Origin: an uncultured Desulfovibrio sp.
GTDB lineage: Bacteria > Desulfobacterota > Desulfovibrionia > Desulfovibrionales > Desulfovibrionaceae
Direction of reading: 5' to 3'
DNA length: 64,000 bases
NCBI RefSeq assembly: GCF_949282365.1
Contig: NZ_CASDOY010000004.1
Coordinates: 19,690-83,689, forward strand
In this document: positions 58,155-64,000 of the stretch, one piece after another
How the letters are laid out: the number at the start of each line of letters is the position of its first letter
How positions within the stretch are numbered: the first letter of the stretch is position 1
Program-made: the position numbers and the translations under genes
The notes under the pieces: model-generated
The model's input: the letters and a program-made list of their open reading frames with translations, nothing else
Told to the model about the DNA's origin: nothing
Databases searched by the model: none

Positions 58155-59111
58155 CTATCCGGTGAAACTGTCATCCGCGCCCTTTTCGCTGGCCAAAGGC
58201 TCCCGCACCTTGTCCCTGGCCGCCGTCCCGCCCCGGCTGCCGGGTCTCAGCTCGCTGACCAGCACTCCGGCCAGGATCAGGATGCCGCCGAGCAGGGCCA
58301 GCCCCGGCAGGCGTTCCCCGGCCATGCGGCCGAAAACGCCGGCCCAGACCGGCTCGCCGGAATAGATGAGCGTGGCCCGCGTGGGCGAGACCTTTTTCTG
58401 GGCCCAGTTGATGGCATACTGGATGCCCGCCGTGGAGACGCCCAGGGCAAAGGCGCTGCCCAGCACCAGCCAGGACGGCGGCGGCACGCTCTCGCCCACC
58501 AGCGGCATGGTGACGAAACTCAGCAGCGACGCCATGAGCACCTGTACGATGGTGACCCGCCGGGCATTGACGCTGCGGGCCACCAGACCGATGAGGATGA
58601 TCTCCATGGCGATGGACAGCGCGCTGACGGCCGTCAGCATCTCGCCGCGGCCAAAACCGGCGCTGCTGTCATCGGGACCGGCCAGCAACAGCACGCCGGG
58701 AAAGGCCAGGGCGATGCCCACCCAGGCCATGAGATGCGGCGGGCGCCTCATGACCAGCCATTGCAGCAGGGGCACCAGCGGCACATAGAAGGCCGTGATG
58801 AAGGCCGACTTGCTGGCCGTGATGGTCTGCAGGCCGCAGGTCTGCAGGGCGTAGCCGCCGAAGATGCACAGGCCTATGCCCATGCCCGCCCAGACTTCGC
58901 GCCAGGTGAAGTCCCTGAGCAGGGGCAGGGAAAACAGCGTCAGGGCCAGGGCCGCGCAGGCAAAGCGCACGCCCACGAAAAAGAACGGCCCCGTGGCCTC
59001 CAGGGCGCTGCGGATGATGATGAAGGTGGCGCCCCAGATCATGGTGATCAGGATCAGGACCCACTCTTCCAGTGGGAGCCGTGTGCGCAGGCGCGCAAAA
59101 AAAGCCGTCAT
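58155..59111 (-). CDS. DMT/EamA family transporter
   Basis: IWGATF; LQT.GLQ.ITASKSAFIT; WAQK.VSPTRA.LIY..EPVWA. Confidence 0.9.
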   Translation of the reverse strand: MTAFFARLRTRLPLEEWVLILITMIWGATFIIIRSALEATGPFFFVGVRFACAALALTLFSLPLLRDFTWREVWAGMGIGLCIFGGYALQTCGLQTITASKSAFITAFYVPLVPLLQWLVMRRPPHLMAWVGIALAFPGVLLLAGPDDSSAGFGRGEMLTAVSALSIAMEIILIGLVARSVNARRVTIVQVLMASLLSFVTMPLVGESVPPPSWLVLGSAFALGVSTAGIQYAINWAQKKVSPTRATLIYSGEPVWAGVFGRMAGERLPGLALLGGILILAGVLVSELRPGSRGGTAARDKVREPLASEKGADDSFTG

Positions 59112-59142
59112 GCATGCCTCCAGAGCAGGGGGAAGGGCAGGC

Positions 59143-59409
59143 TCAGCGCAGCTGGCTGTCCTTGCTGCCCTTGCGATTGTACAGGCTCACCGCATGCTGC
59201 TCCCTGTCGGCTTCCTGCTGGCAGTCCAGGCACAGGCGCACACCGGGCAGCGCCCGTCGCCTGGCCTCGGGGATGGGTTCGCCGCATTCCTCGCAAAAGG
59301 CCCGGCTCTCCCCACGGGGGAGGTTCGCCCGGGCGCGGCGCACCTCGTCGGCGATGGAATCCTGTATCTGATCCTGTACGGCATTGTCGCCTGCCCAGCC
59401 TACAGCCAT
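59143..59409 (-). CDS. DksA/TraR-family C4 zinc finger protein (YbiI-like)
   Basis: 88 aa: MAVGWAGD...CEECGEPIPEARRRALPGVRLCLDCQ...NRKGSKDSQLR. Confidence 0.9.
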   Translation of the reverse strand: MAVGWAGDNAVQDQIQDSIADEVRRARANLPRGESRAFCEECGEPIPEARRRALPGVRLCLDCQQEADREQHAVSLYNRKGSKDSQLR

Positions 59410-59962
59410 GACGCACCTCGCGGACATCGTGTTACGGCGGTATCGCCGCCGGAAAGCCCCCGGCGGCAAATGCACAGTATAGGCATGCCGCGCGCCACTG
59501 GCAAGGAGGCCGCCGCCCGCCGCGCCGTGAAAAGTCTGCGTATTGACCCATCTGTCCATTCTTCTTACACTACGGCATTCTTGTGAACATCGCCGCCCCA
59601 GGGCGGCAACGGCCGGAGGTCGCCATGCATATCCGTTTCTGTTGACGCATGCGCCGGACTCCCGTGGGGAGATTCGTGCGTTCAGGCATGTGTGCCGGAA
59701 ACGGACAGGCCTGCCGGCTTTCGGGCAGCCTGCGTCCTTTCCGGGCAAGCACCCCGAAATAGATGCCGCTCCGGCATCGCCCCCTTCCGCTTTTCCGCAC
59801 CTCGCCTGAATGATGTGTCCCGGTATGCTTCCGGGGCGTCCTCTCGCGGCTCCTGCCGCGGGGACGTCCGTATCCTCCAGCCGGTTTCCGGCCCGAGGCA
59901 ACGCGCCTGGCGCGTCCTTCGCTGTTCCCGCAACAGCCCACATTTTCAGCGCAGAGGTTGTT

Positions 59963-60796
59963 ATGAAAACCTGCCGTTTCCTGCTGCCCGTCCTGATGGC
60001 GGGCCTGATCTTCACCGTGGCGGCCCAGGCCGCCCCCCTGGACAGCTTCAAGGGCCTTTCCGGCACCCTTGACATCGCTGGCGGCACGGCCCACATCCCG
60101 GTCATGAAAGGCGCTGCCAAGAACATCATGACCGCCAATCCCGATATCCGCATCACCGTGGCCGGCGGCGGCTCCGGCGTGGGCGTCCAGCAGGTGGGCG
60201 AAGGCCTGGTGCAGATCGGCAATACCGGCCGCGCCCTCAAGGAAAAGGAGATCGCCAAGTACGGCCTGCAGAGCTTCCCCTTTGCCATCGACGGCGTGGC
60301 CCTGGTGGTCAACCCGGCCAACAAGGTGCGCGCCATCACGGCCCAGCAGGCCCAGGACATCTTTGCCGGCAAGATCACCAACTGGAAGGCCCTGGGCGGC
60401 GCCGACGCCCCCATCACCCTCTACACCCGCGAAGACGGCAGCGGCACCCGCGAAGTCTTTGTGGAAAAGGCCCTGAAAAAGGGCTCCATCGCGGCTTCCG
60501 CCAATGTGGTCAACTCCAACGGCGCCATGAAGACGGCCATCGGCCAGGACAAGCTGGGCATCGGCTATGTGGGCATCGGCCATGTGGACAAGAGCGTGGC
60601 CGCCCTGACCTTCGACAAGATGGTCCCCTCGCAGGAAAACGCGGCTTCCGGCGCCTACACCCTGACCCGTCTGCTCTACATGAACACCAAGGGCGCGCCC
60701 GCCGGTCTGACCAAGGCCTTCATCGATTACATCTATTCGCCTGAAGGCAGCGCCATCATCGAAAAGAGCGGCTATATCCCCACCGGCCGCCAATAA
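59963..60796 (+). CDS. PstS-like phosphate/oxyanion ABC substrate-binding protein
   Basis: Signal peptide; GGGSGVG; AIDGVALVVNP; GKITNWK.LGG; REDGSGTR. Confidence 0.88.
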   Translation: MKTCRFLLPVLMAGLIFTVAAQAAPLDSFKGLSGTLDIAGGTAHIPVMKGAAKNIMTANPDIRITVAGGGSGVGVQQVGEGLVQIGNTGRALKEKEIAKYGLQSFPFAIDGVALVVNPANKVRAITAQQAQDIFAGKITNWKALGGADAPITLYTREDGSGTREVFVEKALKKGSIAASANVVNSNGAMKTAIGQDKLGIGYVGIGHVDKSVAALTFDKMVPSQENAASGAYTLTRLLYMNTKGAPAGLTKAFIDYIYSPEGSAIIEKSGYIPTGRQ

Positions 60797-60850
60797 ATAA
60801 CCCGTACAACGACGCGGGGCGGCCCGGGCCGCCCCGCCGGGATCCCCGCA

Positions 60851-62635
60851 ATGGCTGTTCTCTCCCTGTGCCGCAGCGGTACCCTACCGCGCCTCTGCGC
60901 CTTTTTTGTCGCCCTGTCCACCGGCGCCCTGTTCGTCCTGGTGGGCTGTTTCGCCCTGCCCGTGCTCTGGAGCGCCCAGGGCGGGCTGATCTTTTCCTGG
61001 GTCTGGCTGCCGCCCAAGGATTTCGGCATCCTGCCCATGCTGGCCGGTTCCCTGATCCTCTCCTTTTCCGCCCTGCTGCTGGCCTGGCCCCTGTCCCTGG
61101 GCCTGGCCTGCGCCCTGCAGGCCCCGGCGTCCTCCCTCTGGCGGCGCTGGCTGACGGCGCTGATACGCTTCATGACCGCCATCCCCACGGTGGTCTACGG
61201 CTTTGCCGCCGTCTTTCTGCTCACGCCCCTGGTCAGGGAAGCCGCCGGGCAGGGCTCCGGACTGTGCTGGCTGTCCGCGGCCTGCGTGCTGGCCCTGCTC
61301 ATCAGCCCCACCATGGTCCTCGTCATGGACGTGGCCCTGGGCCAGCAGATGCGCCGCCTGCTCCTGCCCGCCCTGGCGCTGGGCATGACCCGTGACAGGA
61401 TCCTGGCCTGCCTCGCCCTGCCGGCTGCCCGTCGCTGGCTGCTGACCGCCGGTCTGCTGGGCTTCGGCCGGGCCATCGGCGATACCCTCATCCCGCTCAT
61501 GCTCAGCGGCAATGCCCCGCACCTGCCGCAAAACCTGTTCGCCGGCCTGCGGACCCTGACCGCCCACATGGGACTGGTCACGGCCACGGATGTGGGCGGC
61601 CCGGCCTACAACTCCCTCTTCGTGGCCGGGGGGTTCCTGCTCTGCATCAGTACCGGCGTCAGCCTTGTGCTGCGCCGTCTGGAAAAGAGAAGCGAGGCCC
61701 TGCTGCCGTCCGTGCCCGCCTTCTGGCGTCAGGCCGCGCCGGCGGGCCTGTGCCTGCTGTCCCGGGGCGCCGGGCTGCTGTGCAGCGTCTGTGTCCTCTC
61801 CCTGCTGGCCTTCCTCTTCTGGCGGGGCCTGCCCGCGCTGGATGCGGCCCTGCTGGTGGGCGACGCACCGCTCTGGCCTGCCCTGCTGGGGCGTTTCCCC
61901 ATCTGGGACGGCATCTGGCCCGCCTGTCTGGGCACCCTCTGCCTGCTGGGCATCACCATGGCCCTGGCCCTGCTGCCCGGCATCGGCTGCGGTGTCTATC
62001 TGGCCGAATACGCGCCCCCGCGCATGCAGCGCATCCTGAACAGCCTCATGGACGTCCTGGCCGGGGTGCCCTCCATCGTGATGGGCATCTTCGGCTTCAC
62101 CCTCATCCTCTTCCTGCACCGTCTGGGCTTTGCCGGGGCCAGCTCCGGCCTGCTGCTGGCCGGCGGCTGTCTGGCGCTGCTGGTTCTGCCAGCCCTGGTG
62201 GTGACCACGCGCACAGCCCTGGAGAGCCTGCCGGCCGACCTGCGTCTGAGCGGCGCGGCCCTGGGCCTGCGCCACGGCCAGACCGTGCGCCATCTGCTGC
62301 TGCCCCAGGCCAGCCGCGGCATCTTGAGCGGCGTCATGCTGGCGCTGGGACGTTCCGCCGAAGACACGGCCGTCATCCTGCTCACCGGCGTGGTGGCCAA
62401 TGCGGGCCTGCCCGCCGGCCTGGGCCTGCGCTTCGAGGCCCTGCCCTTCTTCATCTACTACACGGCCGCCCAGTACCAGACGCCGGAAGAACTGCAACGG
62501 GGCTTCGGTGCGGCCCTGACCCTGCTGGCCCTTTCCGGCAGCCTGCTGCTGCTCGCCTGGTGGCTGCACGAACGCTTCCGCCGGGAACGCCAGCCCGACA
62601 TGACGCCCCTGAATCTTTCGGGAGGACCGCGATGA
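60851..62635 (+). CDS. Fused PstC-PstA-type ABC permease
   Basis: Two permease repeats: AIPTVVYG...GRAIGDT and AGVPSIVMG...GRSAEDTA. Confidence 0.85.
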   Translation: MAVLSLCRSGTLPRLCAFFVALSTGALFVLVGCFALPVLWSAQGGLIFSWVWLPPKDFGILPMLAGSLILSFSALLLAWPLSLGLACALQAPASSLWRRWLTALIRFMTAIPTVVYGFAAVFLLTPLVREAAGQGSGLCWLSAACVLALLISPTMVLVMDVALGQQMRRLLLPALALGMTRDRILACLALPAARRWLLTAGLLGFGRAIGDTLIPLMLSGNAPHLPQNLFAGLRTLTAHMGLVTATDVGGPAYNSLFVAGGFLLCISTGVSLVLRRLEKRSEALLPSVPAFWRQAAPAGLCLLSRGAGLLCSVCVLSLLAFLFWRGLPALDAALLVGDAPLWPALLGRFPIWDGIWPACLGTLCLLGITMALALLPGIGCGVYLAEYAPPRMQRILNSLMDVLAGVPSIVMGIFGFTLILFLHRLGFAGASSGLLLAGGCLALLVLPALVVTTRTALESLPADLRLSGAALGLRHGQTVRHLLLPQASRGILSGVMLALGRSAEDTAVILLTGVVANAGLPAGLGLRFEALPFFIYYTAAQYQTPEELQRGFGAALTLLALSGSLLLLAWWLHERFRRERQPDMTPLNLSGGPR

Positions 62636-63390
62636 CCCCTCTTGTCCGCATCCATGACCTGTGCCTGCAGCTCGGCGGGCGCGACATCCTGCACCATATC
62701 GACCTGGAACTGCCGCGCCCCGGCATCAGCGTCCTGCTGGGGCGTTCCGGTTCCGGCAAAACCAGCTTTTTGCGCTGCCTGAACCGCCTGCACGACTGCG
62801 CGGAAGACAGCCGCATGCAGGGGCGGGTGGAACTTTTTCTGGACGGGCGCCTGCAGGATATCAGCCTGCTGCGCGGCGAAGAAGCCCTCTCCCGCCTGCG
62901 CCGCCGGGTGGGCATGGTCTTCCAGACGCCCAATGTGCTGCCGGCCAGCATCGGCCAGAACCTGCTGCTGCCCCTGCAGCTGGCCGCGGGCCTGGAGCTG
63001 GAAGAGGCCCGGGAACGGGCCCGGCACAGTCTGGAAAGCGTCGGCTTGTGGCCGGAAGTCCATGACCGCCTCGCCGAACCCGCCACATCCCTTTCCGGCG
63101 GCCAGCAGCAGCGTCTCTGCCTGGCCCGGACCCTGGCCCTTGAGCCCCAGATCCTGCTGCTGGACGAGCCCACCGCCTCCCTTGACCCGGCCAGTACCCG
63201 CCTTATCGAAGACCTGCTCCTGAGCCTGGCGGAACGCTATGCCATCATCCTTGTCTCGCACGGTCCGGCGCAGGCCCGTCGCCTGGCCTCCCGCCTGCTG
63301 CTGTTCGACGGCGGCTGCCTGAAAGGCATCTTCCCGCCGGAGGAACTGCCGCACATCTTCCCGCACGACGCGCTGCCGGAGCAGGCCTGA
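62632..63390 (+). CDS. PstB-like ABC ATP-binding protein
   Basis: GRSGSGKT..LR.LNR; LSGGQQQRLCLAR; LLLDEPTASLDP. Confidence 0.9.
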   Translation: MTPLVRIHDLCLQLGGRDILHHIDLELPRPGISVLLGRSGSGKTSFLRCLNRLHDCAEDSRMQGRVELFLDGRLQDISLLRGEEALSRLRRRVGMVFQTPNVLPASIGQNLLLPLQLAAGLELEEARERARHSLESVGLWPEVHDRLAEPATSLSGGQQQRLCLARTLALEPQILLLDEPTASLDPASTRLIEDLLLSLAERYAIILVSHGPAQARRLASRLLLFDGGCLKGIFPPEELPHIFPHDALPEQA

Positions 63391-64000
63391 GCCTGCGGGC
63401 GCGGGCCGTGAAGACGGGCCGCCCCCTGCCCGTTGACTGTACGCGGCGTGATGCGCACCTCCCGGTCCGCGGTAACTACTGTCCCCCGGCCGCGGGCAGC
63501 ACGGCAGCCGCAGGCAGGTCACGCCAGCATGCGTCGGCTGTCCGCGCCGCGCCAGCCTGACCTGCGGACAGGAGGCGACAACAATTTCGTGGCCTGCACC
63601 GCCCCTTGCCGCGTCCGCACGCTGAGGGCACAACAGGGGATCGCCTGCCTGCGCCGTTCCGCAACGCCTGCCCGTACGGGACAGACCCGGGCCAGACGCG
63701 CTCATTGGCCCGCCGGGAACCATGCCCCTGCCTGCATGGAACAGACGGTCCCCCCCGGCCGCCCGTCATCCAGCGGGACGCCCCCTGTACGCAGGGGTAG
63801 CCCCGGCCGCCCGGCCAGGTTTTTTCCTCTGGCAGAGCGGCAGGCATCATGCTATCCAAAAAGAAGGTCTTTCTTTCGCGGCGGATGCGGCCATCCGCCC
63901 GGGCCATGCCCGTTGCCGTCCGCGAGCGCCCTGACCGTTCCGGGGACTGCGCGTCCCCGCTCGCGGCCCTGTGCGTCAGCCCCTTTCCAACCCGTGCTTC

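Noticed and set aside
63391-64000. Short ORFs after the pstB-like gene
   Set aside because: No recognisable motifs or codon bias; treated as intergenic

Overview
High-GC chromosomal window that looks like a Desulfovibrio-type sulfate-reducing bacterium (inferred from gene content, not from a search). Bases 1-34272 hold a complete non-flagellar type III secretion system (T3SS) in two divergent operons, each preceded by a sigma-54-type promoter. The leftward operon encodes a small unknown protein, three tandem EspA/Bsp22-like filament/tip paralogues with conserved ends and hypervariable middles, SycD, two translocators, sctC/D/F/I/J/K/L/N/O/P/Q/R, and a STAS anti-anti-sigma plus RsbW-like kinase pair. 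The rightward operon encodes sctW, sycN, sctX/Y/V/S/T/U, then a tightly coupled run of sigma-54 activator, RsbU-like PP2C phosphatase, MFS transporter with an extra sensor-like N-terminus, a 503-aa unknown protein, a PLP racemase-like enzyme and a periplasmic binding protein. This resembles the Bordetella btr partner-switch locus, but with sigma-54 in place of an ECF sigma. The rest is mostly housekeeping or accessory: an MprF-like flippase, greA, tatA, groES/EL, two identical tRNA-Arg genes, tRNA-Pro, an APC permease with an amidase, mutS, a tRNA nucleotidyltransferase, xerD, folK, a GGDEF protein, a ybiI-like gene and a Pst-like ABC system. All family calls come from motif recognition; several starts were re-picked by eye from RBS and synteny.
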